Source: a virus (Duplodnaviria > Caudoviricetes). Taken from it: 36,685 nt of DNA. This document shows, piece by piece, positions 9,351-17,918 of this stretch. The notes under the pieces are model-generated. The model saw nothing but the letters and a program-made list of their open reading frames with translations, was not told the DNA's origin and searched no databases. Where the stretch lies: the IMG/VR virus record IMGVR_UViG_3300025018_000308, positions 1 through 36,685 of that record. One strand, given 5' to 3'. The position numbers were made by a program, and so were the translations under genes. Each line of letters begins with the position of its first letter. The stretch's first letter is position 1.

Positions 9351-10154
9351 TTAGTTCGCTTCGTACCAGAACAGCGTCACTGTCATTGCTCCATTACCCT
9401 CTGTCACTACAAGACCGAAGTCTGAGTTAGAAGTAATAGTCAATTTAGGTGTTTTTGCTGTTGAATGGAACTTTGTTCCAGAAGGAACTCCCGCGTCAAT
9501 ACCTGCTGACGCTGTAGTGAATACAGAAGGAGTACCTGTTGAGTACCTATCTACATCTGTACCGTCTCCAATCTGGAGTGTTGCTGATGTATCTCCTGCA
9601 AATCCAACAAGACCTGTAATAAGAGACTGAGCGTATACTGCTCCCGCAGGAATAGATATACCCAAATCTAGTGTTCCAGTAGTTGATCCACCGTCAGTGA
9701 AATCTGCTACTGTTACATCTTGCTGATAACTTACTAGACGCATTTTGTCGCCACCCTTTACAAACTTAACACGTGCCTTAGTGGTAGAGATAAATCGTAC
9801 AATCTCAACGGCTTTTTGCCCTTGTGAAGTTACGTCAATACCGTCTTCGCTGTTAAGATCAAATCTTAACCCACGCATTGCTGTTGTAAGTGTGCCTGTC
9901 TCTACGTCTGCCTCAAACTCTACGTCGTCTGTGAACTCCAAGACTGCTACTGACTTGTCAGAAGCATAGTCGCTGTCTGTTGAAGCAATTTCTTGCTGAA
10001 TTAGACCTAGAAGTTCTGAACGTGGTGTTGAAGCTGTTGCGAGGGCGAGTTTTCCTGCACTATTACGAGTTACAACGTCATTAAAAGTGAACGCTGTTGA
10101 AGCGGGTGCTACGTACTCGTTGATAGTTGGGTCGCCATTTATATGCTTTATCAT
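9351..10154 (-). CDS. Capsid decoration/cement protein (apparent two-domain fusion)
   Basis: N-terminal 'FTFNDVV...GKLALAT...LLGL' decoration-like domain and C-terminal 'IPAGAV...ATLQIGDGTDVDRY' jelly-roll-like domain. Immediately upstream of MCP. Confidence 0.55.
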   Translation of the reverse strand: MIKHINGDPTINEYVAPASTAFTFNDVVTRNSAGKLALATASTPRSELLGLIQQEIASTDSDYASDKSVAVLEFTDDVEFEADVETGTLTTAMRGLRFDLNSEDGIDVTSQGQKAVEIVRFISTTKARVKFVKGGDKMRLVSYQQDVTVADFTDGGSTTGTLDLGISIPAGAVYAQSLITGLVGFAGDTSATLQIGDGTDVDRYSTGTPSVFTTASAGIDAGVPSGTKFHSTAKTPKLTITSNSDFGLVVTEGNGAMTVTLFWYEAN

Positions 10155-10190
10155 ACGTTTGAATACTTACAAATGAATAAATGTCAATGT

Positions 10191-10220
10191 ATAAAAAATA
10201 CACTGATTTTGAACCAGTGT
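10191..10220 (-). terminator. Intrinsic terminator/attenuator upstream of the decoration-capsid genes
   Basis: Minus strand ACACTGGT-TCAAA-ATCAGTGT followed by ATTTTTTAT. Confidence 0.5.
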
Positions 10221-10423
10221 TGTCTCTCTTACGCAGAATGGCAACGCTAGTTCGTTGCCTCCTGCAGTTTTGACCGATTGCAAGTCGGATAGTTGGAGGT
10301 TGAAAGAGTAACCCCTTGTCAAATGACACGCCTCTTTCACGGGCTATATTGTCAAAATATGCTTTGGAACACTTTGCTGTCGGTGTCTCACCGTTTCCAT
10401 TACATAAACTTTGCCTTTCGGTA
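10191..10423 (-). ncRNA. Candidate structured RNA / 5' leader of the capsid operon
   Basis: Lies between a promoter (10429-10458) and a terminator-like hairpin (10191-10220). Stems CGGTG/CACCG, TGAAAGAG/CTCTTTCA, GGCAACG/CGTTGCC and TTTTGAC/GTCAAAA. Confidence 0.55.
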
Positions 10424-10428
10424 TCCTC

Positions 10429-10480
10429 ATTATACCACACCTTCTTTCATAAAAGCAAAACAAATGCAAACTGTGGATAA
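10429..10480 (-). promoter_or_regulatory. Sigma70-type promoter with upstream DnaA box
   Basis: TTGCTT (10453-58), 18 nt spacer, extended -10 TGG-TATAAT (10429-34); TTATCCACA at 10472-80. Confidence 0.7.
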
Positions 10481-10483
10481 GTG

Positions 10484-10516
10484 GAAACAAAAACACCCCA
10501 TAGGTGGGGTGTCTTC
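10484..10516 (-). terminator. Intrinsic terminator
   Basis: Minus strand GAAGACACCCCA-CCTA-TGGGGTGTTTTT-GTTT. Confidence 0.75.
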
Positions 10517-10526
10517 GCATTATGTT

Positions 10527-10670
10527 TTAACGGAGGATATTGTATCCTTCTATGGCAGAAATGAAAGCCACTATCCAAAAGAGCCAAAAGGCAATTACTA
10601 CAGAGTACACGAACCCGAGTAAAGTATACCCAATGATTTTTTCGGTTATGTGTTTTATCTTTTCTTTCAT
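10527..10670 (-). CDS. 47-aa single-TM membrane peptide (not in ORF track)
   Basis: MKEKIKHITEKIIGYTLLGFVYSVVIAFWLFWIVAFISAIEGYNILR*. TATAAT lies 8 nt upstream of the ATG and a terminator follows. Confidence 0.6.
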   Translation of the reverse strand: MKEKIKHITEKIIGYTLLGFVYSVVIAFWLFWIVAFISAIEGYNILR

Positions 10671-10684
10671 AGAACGCTATTATA

Positions 10685-11209
10685 CTACTTTTCTTCTTTT
10701 GTGTCCTTTTTCGCAAACTTTTCCTTTGCATACTCCGCAACGTGCTTCATATTGAACTCGTCACCAAACCTCTCTTTTGCCATTAAAAGCATTACTTCTA
10801 AGGCTTTATTAAAGGCAGTTGTACCTGCGGACGCTATCTTACCCCCTACAAGATTACCTAACTCCTCACCTATGACGTTTACCAGTCTGTAAGGTATAGC
10901 GTGTTCTTCCATAAGCTTTGTGATATTCACTCGTACTTCGTCATTCTTTTCTGCTATTTCTTTTCTTACCTTCTGATCCGCAAACTCTGGTTGATACTGT
11001 AGTTTTTGTAACTCTGCTAATATAAGAGGAAACAACACTGACACTTTTTCGTCGTGTTCTACCTGATAAAGAAAGTCTTTGTAGTCTCCTAAGGTTACAG
11101 GCTCTATCTTATTCCTGTTGCAGAACTCCTCAATCACATTTTGGTTTATTGCCTTACCCCTAAAGTGATCAACTATTCTACGTATTTCCCCGCGTCTTTT
11201 CTCGTCCAT
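10685..11209 (-). CDS. Hypothetical protein (head module)
   Basis: 174 aa, TAATG-coupled to the upstream gene. Confidence 0.65.
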   Translation of the reverse strand: MDEKRRGEIRRIVDHFRGKAINQNVIEEFCNRNKIEPVTLGDYKDFLYQVEHDEKVSVLFPLILAELQKLQYQPEFADQKVRKEIAEKNDEVRVNITKLMEEHAIPYRLVNVIGEELGNLVGGKIASAGTTAFNKALEVMLLMAKERFGDEFNMKHVAEYAKEKFAKKDTKEEK

Positions 11210-11916
11210 TACGCGTTAGATAGTCTACCCTCTATTTCTAAAGTATCTCCGTTTGGCAATTTAACGGTATACCATTGCTTTATTTCCTTACGCACCATTT
11301 CTACCATAGTGCCTGTTTCTCGTGAAAAAGTCTCCCCCTCAATGAACTCCTCTACTTTTTGTCTACTGTCTACAATCTCACATACGATTTGGTCTGAGTT
11401 TATAAAGCGTGAGTAGAGAATGTTCTCATACTTTTCCTCTGGGTCTCCTTGAAAACGTACAGGGATTACGTGTCGTTCCACATCTCTATTTAACTCTGGG
11501 TCTTTAAGAGTAGTATTAAATGCTCTTTTGAAGTCTATAATAATCTTACCGTCTATGCTTCGTAGCTTGATACGTGGATTTTCACGCTTTCGTGTTTGAG
11601 CGTCTGGTGTTGCATTGAGCATTGACTTCAATGTCTGCATTTGCTCCCTGCTCAATTTTGTAATGTCAAAAGGGATTGCTTGTTCTGGGTTTACAACTCC
11701 CTGCTTTACTGAACCGCTTTCCTTTTCGCTCAATCTATCTGAGATACTTGGTACAACATCTTCTTTTTCAGAAGATACTTCTGTATCACTATAGCCTTTT
11801 CTGACACCAATACTGGCAGTATCTTCGGTACCCTCCTCATCTTGACCTACCTGAAAATCTCCTTGTATATCAGTCTGCTCCTCAACGTTGTCCATTGTTG
11901 TTTCGTCTTTTTCCAT
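11209..11916 (-). CDS. Hypothetical protein with acidic disordered N-terminus (head module)
   Basis: 235 aa ORF between scaffold and capsid genes. Confidence 0.65.
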   Translation of the reverse strand: MEKDETTMDNVEEQTDIQGDFQVGQDEEGTEDTASIGVRKGYSDTEVSSEKEDVVPSISDRLSEKESGSVKQGVVNPEQAIPFDITKLSREQMQTLKSMLNATPDAQTRKRENPRIKLRSIDGKIIIDFKRAFNTTLKDPELNRDVERHVIPVRFQGDPEEKYENILYSRFINSDQIVCEIVDSRQKVEEFIEGETFSRETGTMVEMVRKEIKQWYTVKLPNGDTLEIEGRLSNA

Positions 11917-11942
11917 AAATAAATATGTTAGTTTTTAATAGA

Positions 11943-12740
11943 TTATAGAGAATAATTACCGTCCTGACCTGACGTTGCTTCTTCCACAATCTTATCTATA
12001 CCAAATGGATCAGTATCTCCTCCTCCTTTCTTTACGGGCTTACCTGTCTTTGTAGGCTGTTCTTTCGGTGCTTTATATGTAGGCACTTGAGTTGCAGATA
12101 ATTCAACACGCTTTTTAAGTTCTTCTTCTGAAAGACCTTCTGTTGAAAACTTCATTGAGTTAAAACTCTCAATAATAAGGTTCGTAAGTTCGGTATCATC
12201 TCCTGATAGCTCCATAGCTTCCTTACGCACAAAAGAGTTTATATCCTTTACTCCTGTGTCTTCCTCACTCTTACCCTTTGATTGCATTTCTGCATACATC
12301 TTATTCTGTGCCTCTTGCATTGACGCAATAACGTCCATTTGCTTGATTTCGTTATCTGTCATCTCGTCTCTCTCCTCCTCACTAAGGTCTTTACTCCACT
12401 TGATTTCCTTAAAGAGTACCTCACCTGTATCTTCTCCCTCTTTATCTTTACCTGTAGGATTTCCACCTTTCTTTATGCTTTCAATCTCAGACTCAAGGCG
12501 TTTAATAACCTCTCGCTGTCCTGCAAGGTTTCCACCGTATTCTTTTTTTACGGTTTCAATTTGCCCCCGTAACTCTTTTACAAGCGGGTGCTTTTCTATT
12601 TCGTCCACTCCCTCCTCCTTCTTATCCTCTACTACAGAGGGTTCGGGCTTGTTTGGCTCTCCAAACGCGTCGGCTTCTGCTACGGTGTTGTCCTCACCTT
12701 TGGCTTCCTCAATAGGGTTGCCGTGTTCGTCTTTTTCCAT
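11943..12740 (-). CDS. Putative capsid scaffolding protein
   Basis: 265 aa, acidic and charged with coiled-coil character. Lies between portal and MCP. No protease gene seen. Confidence 0.55.
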   Translation of the reverse strand: MEKDEHGNPIEEAKGEDNTVAEADAFGEPNKPEPSVVEDKKEEGVDEIEKHPLVKELRGQIETVKKEYGGNLAGQREVIKRLESEIESIKKGGNPTGKDKEGEDTGEVLFKEIKWSKDLSEEERDEMTDNEIKQMDVIASMQEAQNKMYAEMQSKGKSEEDTGVKDINSFVRKEAMELSGDDTELTNLIIESFNSMKFSTEGLSEEELKKRVELSATQVPTYKAPKEQPTKTGKPVKKGGGDTDPFGIDKIVEEATSGQDGNYSL

Positions 12741-12759
12741 ACGCGTTATTTATTATTAT

Positions 12760-13149
12760 TTATAATGAACTCTCCTCTCCTTCGGGCGTAGGATCGGCTA
12801 GTTGTTCGGTTGCGTTCTCGCTATTGTCCTCTTTTGTTTGTGCATTTCGTCCGTGTATACCTTTGTATTTCTCAAAATCATTCACTAATGCTCCTATCTC
12901 AACTAATGCCTGACGATACACTACTACTTCTTCTGGTATTGCCTTATTCTGTATGTGCCTACCTATGGCATTTATTCGTGCCTGTAATACCATTTTCAAT
13001 AAGCCCTCTTTAGCAGTCCATAACTCTGACGCTTCTTTTATAAGCTCTGGGTTCTCTAGTATAGGGTCTACATCTATAAGTAGAGGGTCTAGTACCAAGT
13101 CTCTTGCTCTTAAATACTCTGATACTGTTGTGGGTTTCTGTGTGTACAT
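12760..13149 (-). CDS. Hypothetical protein following portal
   Basis: 129 aa helical protein at a position commonly occupied by a small gene in P22-like podoviruses. Confidence 0.6.
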   Translation of the reverse strand: MYTQKPTTVSEYLRARDLVLDPLLIDVDPILENPELIKEASELWTAKEGLLKMVLQARINAIGRHIQNKAIPEEVVVYRQALVEIGALVNDFEKYKGIHGRNAQTKEDNSENATEQLADPTPEGEESSL

Positions 13150-13151
13150 AA

Positions 13152-15158
13152 TTATTTATTTAATATCTGTTGTTCTTGTGCTTCCTTTACTGTTGGTTTC
13201 CCAAAGCTCCCTTTTTGATATGCCTCCTGTCCTGCTATTTCTCTATCTAGTTTTTTATACATATCAGATGTGAAAAGCTCATCTGGTCTACCTGATACTT
13301 CCAAATACTCTTTCTTTAACTGATCTGTTGAGATTGAACCTCCCTCTATGTCCCGTCCAAATAGATTTATAAGCTGTGTAAACTCGTCAAAGAGCTGTAT
13401 CATTTGCAACTGGCTCTCCTTTAATCTTTCTGGCAATATCTCAATATCAAGCGTGTACTTATTCTCCCTTAATATCTTAGGGTTTACCAAGTAGTATTCT
13501 GTAGGATATCCTTGTTTCTTCTCAGTAAAGCCCTTTTGAAACAGCTCACTTCTCTTTGTCTCAAAGTCGTATGTCTCTCCTCCTACTTCTTCATCAAAGA
13601 CGACCACGTTCTCAATACCCGCTACATTCACTGTGAAGTTTTGATATACAGGTATAGTCTTACCGTCCACGATTGTCTCTTTTTGTTTGATTGTGTACTT
13701 ACTTTCAATAGTTTCTGCTCTACGCATAGCCATATCCATAAAGCCAAGCATAATACCGTCCAATAGATATCCAAGTTTATCCTGTTGTGCTTGGTCTACC
13801 TTCGCGATTTCAAACGCTGTGTTTCCGCTTGATAATTCTCCTGTTGAAGTCTGATTGAGAGACTGGCTCTCTATAATCTCCTTGAGCATATTTACAAAAC
13901 TGAACTCTGATTGTGTTACTCCCTTATTGTCTGGATCTGCTTTTTCAAAATCATCTCCTGATACACCGTGTGTTACCTGTCCGCCCCTGAACATATCGCG
14001 TGTAAGCGTATATTTGCCCCGTGTGAGAATTGCAGGGTCTACTCCTTGCTCAAACTTATTAGACAACATTTTCAATGCCCAATCTACAAAGTCTGCGTTG
14101 AACTTGGTCTTTGCAGGTATTGAACGTGCATAAATTGAACCTCTCAATCGCTCTGCAGGTACATTTGAGAGAGGGTAGTTACCGCGTGGATAGAATAGTG
14201 TCATAGGTGTTTGCATAGGCAACATCATTACACCATTCACAAACCAGTTATACCGATTGTGCTCAGCGTCTAATACTAAGTGCCCAATATAGGTATCACT
14301 TGGATCTTTATGTCGTGCACTGTCAAATAGTGTTGTTTTCTCTCCTACCATTACCTCAATGTCTTGGCGTGTTTTTGGTACAAACTTCCAACGTTTCAAT
14401 GAACCAAAGATTGCTTCTGCGTCTGCCTTAGTAAACTCAAACTCTAATGTAATACGTGGCTGTTCTTGTACCTCCTCAATCTCTGGGTTTCCAAAAATAA
14501 CCTGTCTTCCGTCTAATACCCTTGATACTGCACGTCTGAACTGTGCAGGATCTCCTTTCTCGTATGTAAGACCGTCTAGGAACTCGTATGTATAATCCAT
14601 AGTATCTGCAGTAACAAGCTTTCTTTTTCCGTCCTCCCCAATGACAAATGCCTTAGGCATATCCTTTGTTTTTACCTCCCAATCTTCATATACAAATGCG
14701 TTACCCTGCGTAAATGTTTCCCAATAGATAAGTGCTACCTTTTTCTTGAACTCCTCTAGCTTGTGTGAAAACTCTATTGAGAGGTCATAGATATCTCCCA
14801 TTCCTTTAATAAGGTTTCCGTTTTCGTCGTAACACTTAATGCGTCTCTTGAATACATACTTTAAGAAAATAGCACAAAAGCCAATTATCTTTTCGTGTAC
14901 TAATCCCATTGAGATTTGCCTGTCATCTTTAGGGTTACGTGGTGGTGAATAGTTTATTGCTTTCTTTTGATTGTATTCGTATGCGTCTGAATAACTTATT
15001 CCATTGAATACAAGAGAGTTCTTCTCTCTCAACTCTAAGTCGTCGTTAATTCCCTGTATCAAATCTTGTGCGTACTTACCTTCCTCATCACTACCATATA
15101 CATTCTTTAGTTTTTCACTTGTGTCAAGACTTGCGTCTTTCTGATTTTTGTTTTCCAT
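13152..15158 (-). CDS. Portal protein
   Basis: 668 aa immediately downstream of TerL. 'TFTQGNAF' and 'STGE...NTAFEI' portal-like motifs. Confidence 0.75.
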   Translation of the reverse strand: MENKNQKDASLDTSEKLKNVYGSDEEGKYAQDLIQGINDDLELREKNSLVFNGISYSDAYEYNQKKAINYSPPRNPKDDRQISMGLVHEKIIGFCAIFLKYVFKRRIKCYDENGNLIKGMGDIYDLSIEFSHKLEEFKKKVALIYWETFTQGNAFVYEDWEVKTKDMPKAFVIGEDGKRKLVTADTMDYTYEFLDGLTYEKGDPAQFRRAVSRVLDGRQVIFGNPEIEEVQEQPRITLEFEFTKADAEAIFGSLKRWKFVPKTRQDIEVMVGEKTTLFDSARHKDPSDTYIGHLVLDAEHNRYNWFVNGVMMLPMQTPMTLFYPRGNYPLSNVPAERLRGSIYARSIPAKTKFNADFVDWALKMLSNKFEQGVDPAILTRGKYTLTRDMFRGGQVTHGVSGDDFEKADPDNKGVTQSEFSFVNMLKEIIESQSLNQTSTGELSSGNTAFEIAKVDQAQQDKLGYLLDGIMLGFMDMAMRRAETIESKYTIKQKETIVDGKTIPVYQNFTVNVAGIENVVVFDEEVGGETYDFETKRSELFQKGFTEKKQGYPTEYYLVNPKILRENKYTLDIEILPERLKESQLQMIQLFDEFTQLINLFGRDIEGGSISTDQLKKEYLEVSGRPDELFTSDMYKKLDREIAGQEAYQKGSFGKPTVKEAQEQQILNK

Positions 15159-15167
15159 ATTGTTTTG

Positions 15168-15191
15168 ATTATATCACTAATAATGTTTCAA
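15168..15191 (-). promoter_or_regulatory. Extended -10 promoter, near-leaderless portal transcript
   Basis: TGA-TATAAT (15168-73) 9 nt before the portal ATG. Confidence 0.5.
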
Positions 15192-15199
15192 AGTATAGT

Positions 15200-16879
15200 C
15201 TACATACTTGAATAACTTTCATCTGTTTTACTGGTTGATTGTGCTCTTTGCATAAACTCTACCATTTCTTTTGTCTCCAACTGTGCCTTTGTCAAATGAA
15301 CTGGCATTGTCGGTTCGTCCTTAAAGAAAGTCATACACCCTGCGTCAAAGCGATCTGGGCTGAAACGATACTCTTTTTTGAACGTTACTTTATCCATAAG
15401 CATAATACGACCTTGTTTGTCACGCTTATATTTAATCTTCTCCATTTCGTTAAGCCACGCCTTCTGATTATTCGTTATGATTATCCCTCCTTTCGCTACC
15501 CATTCCCTAAACCTCCACGCCAACTCTGACTTATATGTATGAAAACGGTCTTTTGTCTCCTCTCTCGGCTTGTCGGTCAATACTGCTGTTACATTCTCCC
15601 CCGTCTTTGTGTTGATATTCGCTACTACCTTCGCTCCAAGACCAAATGCTTCCACGCCAATATCATTGCTTGAACAGTTATATGCGTCTCTAATAGTCTC
15701 AATCTTTCGTGCAAGGTCTACTTCGGTACTGGTCTTTTCATTCAATACCTCCTTTAGGTACACATTATCCCTCACGTGCACCACTGAACTATCCCTTCCC
15801 TGTCCTGCGGGGTCTACTCCAATGATAGCTCTGTTGATTATCTGATTTTTATACGGCTCAAAGAATATCGTCATATTCGCAAAGAGTGGTATCCACCCCT
15901 TGTCGTCCATTTCATTCTCTCCTGCAAACTCTCCGTCTACACGTATCTTTACTTCGTCGCTTCCTACGCCATAGTCGCTCTCCATACGTGTTACATAATC
16001 GTCCTCTACAATAGGACTATGTCTGCTTGAAAATGATAGCTGTGTATATTCCGCACCTGCTTTATGACTGTTATAAAACTCTCCTTCTGTTCGCGTCGGG
16101 TTGCTTGTGTATATAACAATAAAGTTTTTACCTGTAAGAGCACCTTTCATAACCTCATATACCATATCCGCAACTCCTGACGCCTCGTCTACTAATATCA
16201 AAATGTATTCTCCGTGTAATCCCGCCAATGCTTCTGGTTTCTCGCTTCTGGCTACTCGTGCACGTAAGAACCAATCCTTCGTGTCCTTAATACGCACCAT
16301 ATCGTCTAGCATTTCTATATTACCCTTCAATGTGTCTGGCAGTCTGTCTCGCCAAAAATACAACTCCTTTAAGAATATATCCTTCAACTGTTGCTCGGTG
16401 TTTGCTGTTGCTCCTATCTGTGCACCAAAGAAACATAGTAAAAAGTGTAATGATACCGTTGAGAGAAACGCTGTCTTTCCTGTGCCGTGTCCTGACTTGA
16501 TTGTTATCCAACGAAGTGCCATATCAAAGCTATCTTTGTCAAACGTTGCAAGTGCTCGGTTATACGCCTCTAGCTCTACTGTCTGTTGCCACGTGTATCG
16601 TGTGCCTTTATATAATGCCTTGAACCGTGCCCTATCCTGAAACTTGAACATATCCATAGTGTAAAAGGATAGATCGTGGTACACCAAGCGTCCGTCTCTA
16701 TCAAAAAGGATAGTCGTGCGTTCTACGCCAAAACTATCCTTGTATTTTATGGGTTTACCCCTTAATTCATCTATAGGCTCTGACGGCTTCATTCCCAAAC
16801 AGTCCCCTGCAAATAAGAAAATGTCTTTGCTCCACTCCTCTATCTGCTTGATGTTGTTTTTTACTGTGGGGTTACTCAT
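15200..16879 (-). CDS. terL: Terminase large subunit
   Basis: Walker A KSGHGTGKT, Walker B ILVDEASG, coupling motif SNPT, RNase H-like nuclease IGVDPAGQGRD...SPDRFDA. Confidence 0.92.
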   Translation of the reverse strand: MSNPTVKNNIKQIEEWSKDIFLFAGDCLGMKPSEPIDELRGKPIKYKDSFGVERTTILFDRDGRLVYHDLSFYTMDMFKFQDRARFKALYKGTRYTWQQTVELEAYNRALATFDKDSFDMALRWITIKSGHGTGKTAFLSTVSLHFLLCFFGAQIGATANTEQQLKDIFLKELYFWRDRLPDTLKGNIEMLDDMVRIKDTKDWFLRARVARSEKPEALAGLHGEYILILVDEASGVADMVYEVMKGALTGKNFIVIYTSNPTRTEGEFYNSHKAGAEYTQLSFSSRHSPIVEDDYVTRMESDYGVGSDEVKIRVDGEFAGENEMDDKGWIPLFANMTIFFEPYKNQIINRAIIGVDPAGQGRDSSVVHVRDNVYLKEVLNEKTSTEVDLARKIETIRDAYNCSSNDIGVEAFGLGAKVVANINTKTGENVTAVLTDKPREETKDRFHTYKSELAWRFREWVAKGGIIITNNQKAWLNEMEKIKYKRDKQGRIMLMDKVTFKKEYRFSPDRFDAGCMTFFKDEPTMPVHLTKAQLETKEMVEFMQRAQSTSKTDESYSSM

Positions 16880-16962
16880 ACTGGAAGTATTGTTGCTAAA
16901 GTCACTAAAAAAGCACTGATACAGGCTGTGAGTAGTATTAAAATTACTGTTCCCTTATCCAT
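16876..16962 (-). CDS. 28-aa hydrophobic peptide ATGA-coupled to terL (not in ORF track)
   Basis: MDKGTVILILLTACISAFLVTLATILPV*. Its TGA overlaps the terL ATG. Confidence 0.5.
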   Translation of the reverse strand: MDKGTVILILLTACISAFLVTLATILPV

Positions 16963-16984
16963 AATGGCTTTATTTCATTTCTAT

Positions 16985-17028
16985 ATTATAACATTTTTAT
17001 TCTGTCAATAAAACAAAAGTGTGAATAA
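16985..17028 (-). promoter_or_regulatory. Promoter of the terL operon with DnaA box
   Basis: TGT-TATAAT at 16985-90 and TTATTCACA at 17020-28. A TTGACA is present but only 12 nt from the -10. Confidence 0.6.
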
Positions 17029-17054
17029 AGAGGACAGGTTTAACCTGTCCTCTT
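17028..17054 (-). terminator. Perfect 13-bp inverted repeat, probable terminator of the HNH gene
   Basis: AAGAGGACAGGTT-T-AACCTGTCCTCTT. On the minus strand the 3' arm ends CTT and is followed by TATT. Confidence 0.55.
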
Positions 17055-17291
17055 AGGTGAGATGAACTGAGCGTATACTCTCTCGTACCACTCCATTGTC
17101 CTTCTTGTACCTGTGTTGATTAGTCTGTCTGCCTTATCGTGACAAGGAGACCTACATAACCACACTACCCTACCCATTGAGCCGAAGAACCTACGTGGTG
17201 CTACGTGATGACGCGTCATTTTTCCGTATCTACCACACTTCTCACAAGTATGGTATCCAAGAACCTCAGTATTCCTCCGCTTCTTCTTCAT
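17040..17291 (-). CDS. HNH endonuclease
   Basis: CEKCG...TRHHVAPR...LCRSPCHD zinc-binding HNH-like pattern; lies between TerS and TerL. Confidence 0.7.
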   Translation of the reverse strand: MKKKRRNTEVLGYHTCEKCGRYGKMTRHHVAPRRFFGSMGRVVWLCRSPCHDKADRLINTGTRRTMEWYERVYAQFISPKRTG

Positions 17292-17550
17292 CTGTACCCT
17301 CCTCGTCTATGTTGTCATAGGGATAGTCTTTTCTGGCTAAAGATATAAGAGAGTTGTAATTTCTCACACTCAACATATCCTCAGTGTAAAAAAGACAATG
17401 ATCCTCAAGAGCACCCTCTTGTAAGCATAAGTGTCCTATGTGAACATAATGTCCTACACCCTCCACACCATATACTCTTAAGAGATACACTCTGTGAGCG
17501 TCAATCTTTTTACAAGACCGACAATACATACTTGCAGTATATTCTGACAT
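17266..17550 (-). CDS. Small Cys/His-containing hypothetical protein
   Basis: 94 aa, CRSC motif, acidic tail. Preceded by GGAG, one of the few SD-like sites in the window. Confidence 0.5.
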   Translation of the reverse strand: MSEYTASMYCRSCKKIDAHRVYLLRVYGVEGVGHYVHIGHLCLQEGALEDHCLFYTEDMLSVRNYNSLISLARKDYPYDNIDEEGTDEEEAEEY

Positions 17551-17585
17551 TGCGGTCTCCGTTTTGTTAAAGTGTTTCCATTTTT

Positions 17586-17629
17586 ATTATACAAAAAGCT
17601 AAATTATTTTCTTTTTCAAAAGTGCATAA
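17586..17629 (-). promoter_or_regulatory. Promoter with DnaA-like box
   Basis: TATAAT at 17586-91; TTATGCACT (1 mismatch) at 17621-29. Confidence 0.45.
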
Positions 17630-17760
17630 CTTTTTCTCTGACATTTGTCACAACAAAACCTTTGTTTGTGTGGCAACAACTCTTTTCCACAATCACAATA
17701 CTCCCTTTGTCTTACACCCGTCTTCTTTCCTGTTTTTCTTTGATACTTATATCGTCCCAT
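17599..17760 (-). CDS. Small basic zinc-finger protein
   Basis: MGRYKY...YCDCGKEL...RFCCDKC; probable ATG at 17760. Confidence 0.5.
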   Translation of the reverse strand: MGRYKYQRKTGKKTGVRQREYCDCGKELLPHKQRFCCDKCQRKSYALLKKKII

Positions 17761-17918
17761 TATTTTATATCTCTTATAGCTCAATTTTAAGCCTCAATAT
17801 ATGGCTCAACTACACCTTTTAGTCAAAATACTCTATCGGAAAGTTTATCTCCCCCAACTTAATCGTGCTCCATTCCGTCAATCTCTTTGTAATCCATAAT
17901 GTTTCTTTATTTTATAAA

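Noticed and set aside
10081-10440. 119-aa minus-strand ORF
   Set aside because: Its start lies within the promoter (MWYN is the translated TGTGGTATAAT), it overlaps the decoration gene, and the region is better explained as structured RNA.
17790-17897. MDYKEIDGMEHD*VGG…F*LKG… as a read-through gene
   Set aside because: Two different stop types occur in 36 codons and there is no motif; more likely a relic or chance.
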